From: Podarcis pityusensis
Lineage: Eukaryota
NCBI GenBank assembly: GCA_964106645.2
Contig: OZ067042.1
Strand: one strand, 5' to 3'
Length of the DNA: 64,000 nt
Below are positions 53,559 to 64,000 of the stretch, piece by piece (within the stretch, counting starts at the first letter, position 1; every line of letters begins with the position of its first letter). The notes below the pieces were generated by a model. That model ran no database searches and was not told the origin of the DNA. It worked only from the letters and a program-made list of their open reading frames with translations. The translations under genes and the position numbers were made by a program.

Positions 53559-54224
53559 TCATTTAGAGAAATTGTAGCTTACTCCAACTGTGGCTGGTTC
53601 AGACAAATGAGGATCAAATCATGATTTCGGATGAAAAACTCTCCTGAGACTCACCACTGATAGTTCTAATAATGCTGAACTGTGACTTAGTATTGTGTCT
53701 CAGCCAGTGTCAGATAAACTTTTCTATGATTGAGAGTTTGGCAAATTCTGTGGAGTGTTTTAGAGACAGAAGGTACATGAAGGAGCAAGCCACCTACTCA
53801 CAGCTGTCTTCTGTGTATAGAAACAGATATTTATTTCCATATAATCACCTCTAGATAAACACTGCTGCTATTGTATTCTGTGCTAATGAGTGGCTTGGCT
53901 GAGGTACTGTGCAATGTTATCCATGTCTGTGTACTGTAGGATACTTCTCCCTAGAGATCTGAAGGCCTGAGGGCATGGCTTCTGCCAGTTCTTCTTATCC
54001 AGGTGCATTTATCAGTTCAGGGTGACGGAGATTTCCGGCCTCGTTTAATATGATGAAAAGGATGTGGATTTAACTTCCACGTGCTACAAGGCTAATGTTC
54101 ATAATGTCACAGTACATCAGAAAAGAAAAGTGCATCCTAGTAAATGCAGCCACCACACGGATAAAGGAGTTTGCTACAAGCACTGACTCATCCATCCTTA
54201 CTTTGTACAAATTCTTACAATGTG

Positions 54225-54515
54225 AGGTTGTTCCCTGTTTGTGAAATGCTGTCCCCACGGAGGTTTGCCTGGCGCCTTCATTATATGCCTTTAGGCGCCA
54301 GGTAAAAGCCTTCTTCTTTCACCAGGCCTTTGGCTAAGCAACATCCAATGTCCTTTTAAAATGTGGGGTTTGGGGGGGCGTCGTATTGGATTGTAGTTGT
54401 TTTTGCTTTTATTATGTATTTTGTGTTTTTATATTGTGATTTTATGTTGTAACCACCCTGAGACCTGCGGGTATAGGGCGGTACACAAATTTAATAAACA
54501 AAATAAATAAATAAA
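54225..54515 (+). mobile_element. L2-type LINE 3' end
   Basis: ...gtaaccaccctgagacctgcgggtatagggcggtacacaaatttaataaac, followed by (AAAT)n. Confidence 0.75.
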
Positions 54516-54833
54516 AATTAAAAGGTTTATTATCCAGTTATTTCCTCTTCACATGCATTATCTTGTTGTAATCTTTACAACAACCCCACAGTTCAGTATT
54601 GGTTATCCCTACATTATTTGTGTGTCTCTGCATGTACTGGAGATAAATCTAGAGGAGAAATTAATTTTGCTTCAGGTTTTAATGTGAACCCACCCAAATT
54701 ACATTTCCTGAACCCATCTGTGACCGAAGCATAGCTGTCCTTTGGAATTTGCACTTCTCTGTATTTTGTAATGCCAATAAAAGTGTGGACAAAGATGTGT
54801 ATATAAGTGCAGTTACTGTGCAAAAACCCATTA

Positions 54834-55059
54834 CAGTGGTACCTCGGGTTACAGACGCTTCAGGTTACAGACTCCGCTAACCCAGAAATTGTACCTCGGG
54901 TTAAGAACTTTGCTTCAGGATGGGAACAGAAATTGCGCAGCAATGGCGCGGCAGCAGCAGAAGGCCCCATTAGATAAAGTGGTGCTTCAGGTTAAGAACA
55001 GTTTCAGGTTAAGAACAGACTTCCAGAACGAATTAAGTATGTAACCAGAGGTACCACTG
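54834..55059 (+). mobile_element. Tigger-like MITE family A
   Basis: TA flanks. Highly similar to 52423-52647. Confidence 0.93.
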
Positions 55060-57030
55060 TATACTAGAGACAGTGGCTTGTAAAAATACTGTACTGTATT
55101 AGCCAATTGTGTTTTTAAAATGTGTCTTTTAGGAGAAATGTGCATACACTTTATGCAGAAATGAGAGTGAAGGGCACTCAACACTGTAAAAATGAGAAAT
55201 TGGGAAAAACCAAAGGCAACACATTCTTCCCTCTCTAGCTGAGCCGAGGCTCTCCAAAGGCTTCCTGGAGAGTTCAGGGCAGAGGCGAGATTTGAACTCC
55301 ACTCATTCTTGATTTGTAACACTGTCTTTAAACTACAACACTGCTTCAGCTCTCTCTCATATACCATGAAAGAATCTCCCCTTCCCAGCCAGGGTCTCAA
55401 GAAGCTGTAGATTGGTTTTTAAGACAAATATTACACTAAACATCAATCACTATGAACAAGAAACAGAAGCACGATAAGAGGGGAAACAGTACTTTTCTGC
55501 TTGTACACAATGGAAATTGCCAAACTGATTTTCAATAAAGGAACAAGATTACCAACATTATATTCCATTATTCCAATACAATTTAAAATGTTTCCAGTCT
55601 CTTTCGAAGTTATTAACACTCCACAGAGTGTTACGTTAAAGAATTCTGATAACTTGTAAAGTAATGAGCATCGAACCCCAAACAACCTTTTGAAAAATCT
55701 CTTTGGTTTCCTGGCACCGGCAACAGAAGTCAGTGTGGGAAGTTATTTTGGGCATTGCTACAAACTGCTCTTTATTCTACTCACCGTTACCTACAGAATT
55801 GACTGGATGTTACATGCATGTTGTAGGATGACCAGTACAGGTTCTCCAGAGAAATGCAAAGGGAAGGAAATGTGTTGGCTCTCTAGAATACGGCTTCGTT
55901 AACAGCACAATACTTATGTAACACATTTCAAACATTTGGAATGTTTTGCTTATGTTGTCTCAATAGCTGATCAGAACAAGAGTTTGCAAATGTGTTGGTC
56001 GTGGTGTCTTATGTGCAACAGCTTTTGCGTTCATTTCCATTAATTTATTCTCTCTACACTCACATTGTGCTATTCACGTATCGATCTTATACAAACACAA
56101 TGTCCAAACAGCTGACCCAGTACAATCTGTGCTGGCCAAACTCCTTTCCACCTGTAGCATGCAGATCCACAGGGCCCTATGTCTTGGATACTAACAGCTG
56201 GAAAGGCCCATAAACCTTCTAGAACATCTTGGTGTTTGAGCCAGTGGATTATGAATGGCTTGCGTCAACTGAAGACAGAGTTGTTGTGGCCAGTGGTTGC
56301 AGAGGCTTTGAAGTTTGCAGCCTGTGTGTACTTTATTAATACTATTCTACTTAACTAATACCTAATTAGTAGTTTCTTACCCATGTCAAGCATCCTGAGC
56401 CAGTGTATATAAAACAAGTTTAATACAGCCATAGAGCTTCTGTGGCCAGTTTCTATGTTTTCCTCGGAAGGTGGTGGACTCTCCTCCCTTAAAAGAATGT
56501 TTCAGAGAAAGATGCTTCAGCATAGAAGCTTTATTTATGCAGATTGTCCAGTATAAAGGAGGCAGGAGATGTGTTAAAAATGGGCAGATGCAGGCACGGA
56601 AGAACTCAGCAGCAATTTTTACTTGGGCTTTAGTATCTCTGTTGAACTCCCAGTTTAACCTCTTCAGGGCATTGCTGTGATACTCCATGAACCATGGCAA
56701 GCAATTATTTGTACATTCACATTAGCTTCAAGGATGTAATAGACCAGTTAAGTGAACTGTAGCGTAAGAGAGCAGACCAACAGATATGTAGGTTAGGCAA
56801 GGCAGTTAAACGCCACTCATCTCATATAAAATCCTCCAAAATTTCACACTTGAAAACAGAGATACTCTTGTGTAATTGTGGTATTCATTTTCTCACACCA
56901 ATCTGAACACACATATTCCCCTGAACATTTACAAATTGTGGAATTCTCTTCCCTGCCTGCTCTACGCTATGAACATTCATTGTACAGAATCTGCAAGACT
57001 ATGCACATGGGAACTATGTACCAAGCCCTT

Positions 57031-57600
57031 CATGATGTTGGCATCTGTCTGCCTCATGAGACAATGGAGTGTGCCTCTACGGGTGAGATCAAACTGCTAC
57101 ATTAGCAACATCCATGGTGCACAAGCCTGGGCCATGTGTCTGGGGGTCCTGGGCTGCCCAGCCACCAATATCCCCCTCTTGGCTTCACTCATGTGGTCCA
57201 AAGGAAAGCAGAGCAATATGCTAGGCACCAGCTTGGCTGCAGAGTTGCCGGAGGAAACTGTACAAGACACCATCCAACCATCTTAGGTACTACACTCTGA
57301 ATTTGTGTAGGGTTTACAAAGATATCCCTCAAGGCATTGGAGGTTTAGGACCAAAGTTTTCCTTCTCCTAGATGGGCTACCTTCCCAGGTAGATGAGCCT
57401 CACCTGCCCCTCACTGCGCTCTACAGCATGTTCAGTAACCGCCTTCTTGACCACTGGACTCATTACTGGTCATGTCCACTAAATCCGCTGGAGCCTGTCT
57501 TTGCACGCAGGGGAAATCTACCAAGGCTCACCTGGTTTAGCTGGCCAGTCACATGCTGATAGCTTCTAGAAGCCACAGGTAAGAGCTGTATCAGTCCAGC
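57031..57600 (-). mobile_element. Non-autonomous RTE-derived retroposon (RTE 5' UTR-like body)
   Basis: The minus strand contains ggctcatctacctgggaaggtagcccatctaggagaaggaaaact...taaacc, a motif I recognise from RTE 5' UTRs. No ORF. Confidence 0.6.
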
Positions 57601-58002
57601 AACTGTTTATATGGGAAAGGTGCATGCCAGCCCTAGGCACGCTTACTTGCAAGTATCCCACTACAAGTTCATTCCATGAGGTTTCCTTTCAAAGGGACAG
57701 GGCTTCAGACTTGCTTCTTCCCCATTTACTTCAATGGTGCTTGAAAAGGAATGAGTCGGGCACTGTAAAACAGTTCTAAGATTTAAGAGGAGGAGCTTGG
57801 AAGCTAGAGGAGGATACCTAGTTAGAAGACGGAGCCTGGCAGGGTGTGATTGGGACACACAAACCACACAGCACCTTGAGGGTGGAGCGTGTCAATAGCA
57901 AATATTCTTGTGAGGTAAAAATAGCTTGTTCTCTCCATTTTAGCTACCTGCATTGAGAACTTCCTCCTTCCCCTGGAGACGCTGAGACCAGAGGGTCTAG
58001 CC

Positions 58003-58251
58003 CAGGGGTCAGCAAACTTTTCCAGCCATGGGCCAGTCCACTGTCCCTCAGACCACGTGGTGGGCTGGACTATATTGGGGGGGGGGGATGAACGAATTCC
58101 TATGCCCCACAAGTAACCCAGAGATGCATTTTAAATAAAAGGACACATTCTACTCATGTAAAAGCACACTGATTCCCGGACCGTCCGCGGGTCGGATTGA
58201 GAAGGCGATTGGGCCGCATCCAGCCCCTGGGCCTTAGGTTGCCTATCCCTG
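58003..58251. mobile_element. hAT-type MITE
   Basis: TIRs caggggtcagcaaac and gttgcctatccctg. Exact 8-bp TSD gtctagcc at 57995-58002 and 58252-58259. Ends resemble the 14555 element. Confidence 0.9.
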
Positions 58252-58744
58252 GTCTAGCCTGTTCAGTGTTTTAGCCATTCCATTCTGTTTCCCTCCCACC
58301 TGACTTTCCTTTCCTCCCAAACAGTTAGTTACTCACAAACAAACGGGGTTGGGTTTTTTTTTGGGGGGGGGGGTTGAGAACTCCAACGAGAAAACATTGG
58401 CACAGCACTAGGTGAAACCCTCGCTTACCAGAAGCTATATGCATGCAGCACTCTGGTATTGTCCTTATTCAGCTAAACATATTAAGACACACCCAGCCCC
58501 AGATTCCCTGCACACATCAAAAGTGTTTGTAGGCTCAAGGGTTTGGAATGAACTTATAAACCTCAAATTGCTAAACCCTTTAGCATTTACAGGAAAAAAG
58601 CATAAAAGATTATAATGAAAATATTAGATTAAGCAATCCACTACTACCGAGTTTATTCTTGATCCTCTTATTGACACACAGGCTGAGCTGAAAGAACTCA
58701 CCAATCTTAGGAAATATCACAAACAAGTGGCATTGCCCCACTAA

Positions 58745-58915
58745 TGTTTAACAGGGGAACAGGCTGCCTCAGAAGGTTGTGGACTCTCCCCTGGAGGTTT
58801 CCAATCAGAGGCTGGATGGCCACCTGTCACCTTGAGATTCCTGCAGTGCAGGGGGCTGGACTAAATGACCATCGGGGTCCCTTCCGACACTACAATTCTA
58901 TGGCTCTGTGATTCC
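58745..58915 (+). mobile_element. CR1 LINE 3' end
   Basis: Similar to 50190-50363. Confidence 0.85.
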
Positions 58916-60012
58916 ACGTTGTCTCTTTTTCTCCAAATTCCTTTGCCACAGTAACATCATCATGGGCTATGTAGACACCATTTGCTACATGATCTCCAGT
59001 TGGCCAAGTGTATCTGTTAGTGATCCAGAAAGAAAGAAAACCAGCAAGAAGAAGTGGGAGTGTCAATGAAGCAACCCCAGGAAAACAGCAGCAGCAAACA
59101 TTTTGGGAAAAAGTTGAATATTCTCATAATTAAATGTTATGGGGAAGAGTTGCTTTACCCTCCTCCCTCCCTCTCCCCCAGGTCAGAGAGAGCACCCTTT
59201 CTAGCCTGAAAATCAAACCAGGATATTCTACCCAGCCCAAAGATGCTGCTCAAAGTAACACATTAAATAAATCTGAGACAAATTTGTAAATGTGAGTTTA
59301 AAATGCACACGTGCATTCGTAGGAGAACAGTAATTCAAGAAATGCCTCATTATCTCATTAAACAGCAGCCCTTAAGAACACAAATAGGCCTGTGACTGTC
59401 TTTCAGTTCGGAAGAGGCTCCCACACCGCATGTTTTCACTCGGCTGCCAGATCCCAATGCCCTTTAAATGGACTGACCTGCTCTATTTCTTCACTGCTTC
59501 ACATGCCAACCCATTTTTTGCCCGTCTGCAGTGTATGAGTCACTGGCAAACACACTCCTACACCTCACGCCAAACTCGTTACTCATACAACGAAGATGCT
59601 GCCAGGCAGAAAAGTGGGACAATGGAGTCAAAGACTGTGAATCCAACTGCTGCAGAGGAGGAATCCAACTCTAAATTTTTGACCGCTACACATGGGCTGA
59701 AGTCATCTATGCTTCTCTGAGTGCCTTGCTCAGATACATGCTCAGCAGGAATAAGAACAGCAAAATGCCAAACAAAGAATTAAAACCAAAGCCATGTATA
59801 CATTTATCATACACACACACACACACACCTAGATCTGCTATTGTGTCTATATACACAGACATGTGAACTCACATACTATATGTATGTTCTTGGAAAGAAC
59901 TACATTTAGGAACAAGCAATAACCGCTCTCAGAATCTTGACTGGGGACAGCTTCATGCTACCGACAGGTACTTACTACAAGTAGGTTGCTTGCTCTGCGG
60001 CACAGACCAATA

Positions 60013-60145
60013 TAAGGTTGGCAGACGTCCTCCTTTCCCAGGGACAGTCCCCGGATTTACAAATCAATCCCCTGACAAAATCCTATCATTCCTACTGAAG
60101 TTGAAAGGCGTCCCCGAATTCATTGAAAAAAAGCTGGTAACCTTA
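60013..60145. mobile_element. Small hAT-type MITE
   Basis: TIRs taaggttggcag and ctggtaacctta. Exact 8-bp TSD gaccaata at 60005-60012 and 60146-60153. Confidence 0.85.
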
Positions 60146-61115
60146 GACCAATATCCCTGTGTTTGCTCCACAAAGTTAGCGATGACCTCGTTGTTGTAAT
60201 TGTAGCATTTATTTACAGGAAGTAAAAACTGGGCAACTTACCATGGGTTAGAAGCAACAACATTAGTTCTTGTGTTTTTAAATGCCCCTATGGAAACACA
60301 CACGGAGGGCAGAAAACATTAATGGTTCATGCTACACAGGCCAGCCCAGCCCTGCGCTGCCTAGACCAGCACTGTCCAACAGGTCGATTGGGATCGACTT
60401 GTAGATCATGTGATTGCTTCTCGTCAATTTCTGTCGATTGATCTCTCTCCCCAAGCAGCCCTTTCTCTGAGGAGCCAGCACACAGGGCTTCTCTCTCTCC
60501 CTCTTTATCTCTGAAGGAGAAGAAGCAAGCGGACGAGGTGTACGCCCTTGAGGAGAGGACTGCCTTGCCCCCCCCTTCCCGCTGTAAACCGAGGAGCTCT
60601 CTCACTGAGGCTTACTCCCAAGTAAACACACACAAGGGAGAGGGGATCCTTCCTGGCTGCTGCCATCCTGCCCACGCAGGGCGAGGTGTGGGTGTGCAGC
60701 CCTGTGCGCTGGCTCCTCAGAGAGAGAAAGGGCTGGTTTAGGTTAACTCGAAAGGAAGGGGTGGGTTGGATCCAGGGGAAAGGGCTTCTACAGGTTTCAT
60801 CCAGTTCTTAAGGTGGTGCTCGAAGGCTGTCAACTCGGCAGTTGAGTTTACCCAGTTTCTGTTTCGAACTATGGAGGAAACCACTGTGGTTGACATGCGT
60901 CCCTGACTCATTTGAAAAACAGCAAGAGTCCTGGGGTACTTTAAAGACTTAACACATTTTTTATGGCATGAGCTTTTGTGAACAACAATCCGTGCATCAT
61001 GTTCTGATTGTGTGGGACCCTGTCCTCAATGCTATTTCCTTATGTTATTACAAGTATACAAAGTATTTATTTTTAAAAAATATATTGATTTATGATGAAC
61101 TTTACAGGTTTTATG

Positions 61116-64000
61116 TTTTTTTTTTAAAGCAATTTATTAAATTTTACAATAAAAATAAACATGATAAACAATGTAACATTGATCTTAACATATTTTCACA
61201 TTTTCTTTGGACTTCCTCACATCTCCCGCTCCCATTTTCATCGTTGAAACATTTTGTCAGCAATTTATCATCTTATTTAAATTCTTATATCCCTTCTATA
61301 TTTCATAATCATATAATTCTCAAAAGGAGCTAAATTTCACAGTCTTACTTATTTTCTTAAAAACTTCTAAATTTAGTGGTGCTCAGTTATTTTGATCTAG
61401 CATCTTATTTAGCATTCACTCAAGTTACAATACTTTTGTAAATAGTTCTTAAATTTCTTCCAGTCCTCCTCAATCCTCTCTTCTCCCAGGTCACGGATTT
61501 TGCCGGTCATTTCAGCCAGTTCCATGTAGTCTATCAGTTGTATCTGCCATTCTTCCAGTGTGGGTAGATCTTGAGTTTTCCAATGTTTTGCAAGAAGTAT
61601 CCTTGCTGCTGTTGTTGCGTACATAAAAAATGTCTGGTCCTTCTTTGCCACCCCTTGGCCGACAATACCCAAAAGGAAAGCCTCTGGTTTCTTAGTGAAG
61701 GTATATTTAAATACCTTTTTCAGTTCATTATAAATCATTTCCCAGAACGCCTTCACTTTAGGGCAAGTCCACCAGAGGTGGAAGAACGTTCCCTCACACT
61801 CTTTGCATTTCCAACACTTATTATCAGACAGGTGGTAAATTTTAGCAAGTTTGACTGGGGTCATATACCATCTATAAATCATTTTCATTACATTTTCTTT
61901 CAGGGCGTTACATGCAGTAAATTTCAATCCATTACTCCACAACCTCTCCCAGTCCTCAAACATGATATTATGCCCAATGTCCTGTGCCCACCTTATCATA
62001 GCCGATTTAACCGTTTCGTCTTGTGTATTCCATTTCAACAGCAAGTTATACATCCTTGAAAGTACCTTAATCTTTGGTTCTAACAATTCTGTTTCTAGTT
62101 TCGATTTCTCCACCTGGAACCCTAGTTTCTTATCATTTTTAAAAACTTCTTTAATCTGAGCGTAGTGTAACCAATCTCGCACTTTGTCTTTCATTTTCTC
62201 CAGACTCTGCAATTTCCAATTGTCTCCATCCTTTTCTAGTATTTCCCAATATTTTGGCCATTTAGCCTCCATATTGGGTCTTTTTCGGGCCTTGGCTTCC
62301 AAAGGTGAAAGCCACCTTGGTGTTTTATTTTCCAGCAAGTCTTTATATTTTGTCCAGACATTAAACAATGATTTTCTGACAATATGGTTCTTAAAGGCCT
62401 TGTTTGCTTTAACCTTGTCATACCATAAATATGCATGCCATCCAAAGGTATTGTTAAACCCTTCCAAATCTAACACATCAGTGTCTTCGAGAAGTAGCCA
62501 GTCTTTTAGCCAGCAAAACGCTGCGGCTTCATAATACAACTTTAAGTCTGGCAGGGCAAAGCCCCCTCTTTGTTTTGCATCGGTTAATATCTTAAACTTA
62601 ATTCTGGGCTTTTTGCCCTGCCAGACAAACTTAGAAATGTCTCTCTGCCACTTCTGAAAGCACTCCGTTTTGTCCAAAACCTGAAGTGTTTGAAATAAGA
62701 ACAACATCCTTGGCAATACATTCATCTTGATAGCAGCAATTCGGCCTAACAAAGAAAGTTTCAATTTTGACCAACTATCTAAGTCTCTCTTAATTTCTGT
62801 CCAACATTTTTCATAATTGTCCTTAAATAGACTTAGATTTTTTGCTGTTATGTTTACCCCTAGGTATTTTACTTTTTTAACCACATTAAGTTCCGTCTCA
62901 TTCTGAAACCGTTCTGACTCTGTATTAGTCAAGTTTTTCCCCAAAACCTTAGTTTTCTGTTTATTTAATTTAAATCCAGCCACCCGACCAAAGTCATTAA
63001 TCAGTTGTAATACTCTTTTCGTGCTGGGCTCTGGCTTCTGCAAGGTCAAAACCAGGTCATCTGCAAAAGCTTTTAATTTATATTGTTTCTGACCGACCTG
63101 AATTCCTTCCACCAACTGATCCCTTCTAATCATGTTCAATAGCACTTCCAGAACCGAAATAAATAACAAAGGGGAAATAGGGCAACCTTGTCGTGTCCCT
63201 TTTTCAATTTTAAACTCTTCTGTAACCACATTATTAACTATCAGTTTAGCTTTCTGTTCTGAATATATCGCCTCAATCCCATTCTCAAAACCCCGTCCCA
63301 CTCCCATCTCTTTTAAATTTCCCATCATAAATTTCCAGGAGATATTGTCAAAGGCCTTCTCCGCATCTATAAAAATTAAAACTGCTTTTGTATTTATATC
63401 TGTTTGCAAAAGTTCCAAAATGTCAATAATGTTCCTTGTATTAGCAAACAGATGTCTTCCTGGGAGAAAGCCAGCCTGGTCCTTATGAATTACTTCATTT
63501 AAAACTTTTTTAAATCTATTTGCCAAAATGTCTGCAAATATTTTGTAATCCACATTTAAAAGAGAGATGGGACGGTAGTTCTTAAGTTGTGTCTTTTCAG
63601 CTTCCGACTTTGGTATTAATGTGATAAACGCTTCCTTCCACGACTCCGGTGCCCTCCTCCCCTCCATAATTTCATTGCTGACCTCCATCAAAGGTTGTAT
63701 CAAATAGTCTTTCAATGTCTTATAGTACTTGGAGGTCAGCCCATCTGGTCCTGGAGATTTGCCAAGTTGCATGTTCTGGATAGCTTGTTCGATCTCCTGT
63801 CGTGTTATTTTAGAATTCAGGATTGTCCTATTTTCTTGTGACAATTTAGATAGTCCGTTTTTTGCCAAAAATTGTTTAATCTCAACATCATCTTGCGGCC
63901 CTTGGGTGTATAATTTTTTGAAGTATCTCTGGAAACACTTTCTAATGTCCACTGGATTCTGGATGTTTTTTCCATCAACCTCTAAGTTTGTAACAGTATT
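61116..64000 (-). mobile_element. L1-clade LINE (continues past the window end)
   Basis: A-tail at 61116-61125, AATAAA at 61133-61138 on -, an AT-rich 3' UTR of about 290 nt, and ORF2 upstream. Confidence 0.95.
61409..64000 (-). CDS. L1 ORF2 (reverse transcriptase plus C-terminal CCHC), open to the window edge
   Basis: Motifs KSPGPDG, NYRPISLLNVDYKI, DAEKAFD, GTRQGCPISP, FADD, KYLGV and CWKC...HLWWTC. The frame stays open for 16 more codons upstream of 63952. Confidence 0.93.
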   Translation of the reverse strand, partial: NTVTNLEVDGKNIQNPVDIRKCFQRYFKKLYTQGPQDDVEIKQFLAKNGLSKLSQENRTILNSKITRQEIEQAIQNMQLGKSPGPDGLTSKYYKTLKDYLIQPLMEVSNEIMEGRRAPESWKEAFITLIPKSEAEKTQLKNYRPISLLNVDYKIFADILANRFKKVLNEVIHKDQAGFLPGRHLFANTRNIIDILELLQTDINTKAVLIFIDAEKAFDNISWKFMMGNLKEMGVGRGFENGIEAIYSEQKAKLIVNNVVTEEFKIEKGTRQGCPISPLLFISVLEVLLNMIRRDQLVEGIQVGQKQYKLKAFADDLVLTLQKPEPSTKRVLQLINDFGRVAGFKLNKQKTKVLGKNLTNTESERFQNETELNVVKKVKYLGVNITAKNLSLFKDNYEKCWTEIKRDLDSWSKLKLSLLGRIAAIKMNVLPRMLFLFQTLQVLDKTECFQKWQRDISKFVWQGKKPRIKFKILTDAKQRGGFALPDLKLYYEAAAFCWLKDWLLLEDTDVLDLEGFNNTFGWHAYLWYDKVKANKAFKNHIVRKSLFNVWTKYKDLLENKTPRWLSPLEAKARKRPNMEAKWPKYWEILEKDGDNWKLQSLEKMKDKVRDWLHYAQIKEVFKNDKKLGFQVEKSKLETELLEPKIKVLSRMYNLLLKWNTQDETVKSAMIRWAQDIGHNIMFEDWERLWSNGLKFTACNALKENVMKMIYRWYMTPVKLAKIYHLSDNKCWKCKECEGTFFHLWWTCPKVKAFWEMIYNELKKVFKYTFTKKPEAFLLGIVGQGVAKKDQTFFMYATTAARILLAKHWKTQDLPTLEEWQIQLIDYMELAEMTGKIRDLGEERIEEDWKKFKNYLQKYCNLSEC

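Noticed and set aside
60925-61000. Possible Penelope-like terminal fragment (also about 6750-6925)
   Set aside because: Too short and degenerate to support from sequence alone.

Overview
This is vertebrate genomic DNA. The repeat content (Sauria SINEs of lacertid type, Bov-B, CR1, L2, L1, Tc1 and hAT MITEs) points to a squamate, probably a lacertid lizard. The window holds two convergent protein-coding genes. NUP50 (+ strand) is complete: a CpG-island promoter at about 3.3-4.2 kb, a non-coding exon 1, and 7 coding exons from 8037 to 17042 that splice in phase to 464 aa. KIAA0930/C22orf9 (- strand) has coding exons 2-10 from 47098 down to 29422; its exon 1 was not found and probably lies beyond the window end. 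The rest is intron, UTR and transposable elements, including a Bov-B inserted inside the inverted repeat of a Tc1 element and an L1 with an uninterrupted ORF2. I found no convincing wholly new biological system. The most unusual local observations are: (1) a retrotransposon insertion into KIAA0930 exon 6 whose 20-bp target-site duplication rebuilt the exon end and splice donor; (2) a recursive-splice-type AG|GTAAG at KIAA0930 exon 7; (3) inverted repeat pairs bracketing exon blocks in both genes; (4) absence of the Met29 that starts the human short NUP50 isoform. Gene and repeat family names come from my recall of reference sequences, not from a database search.
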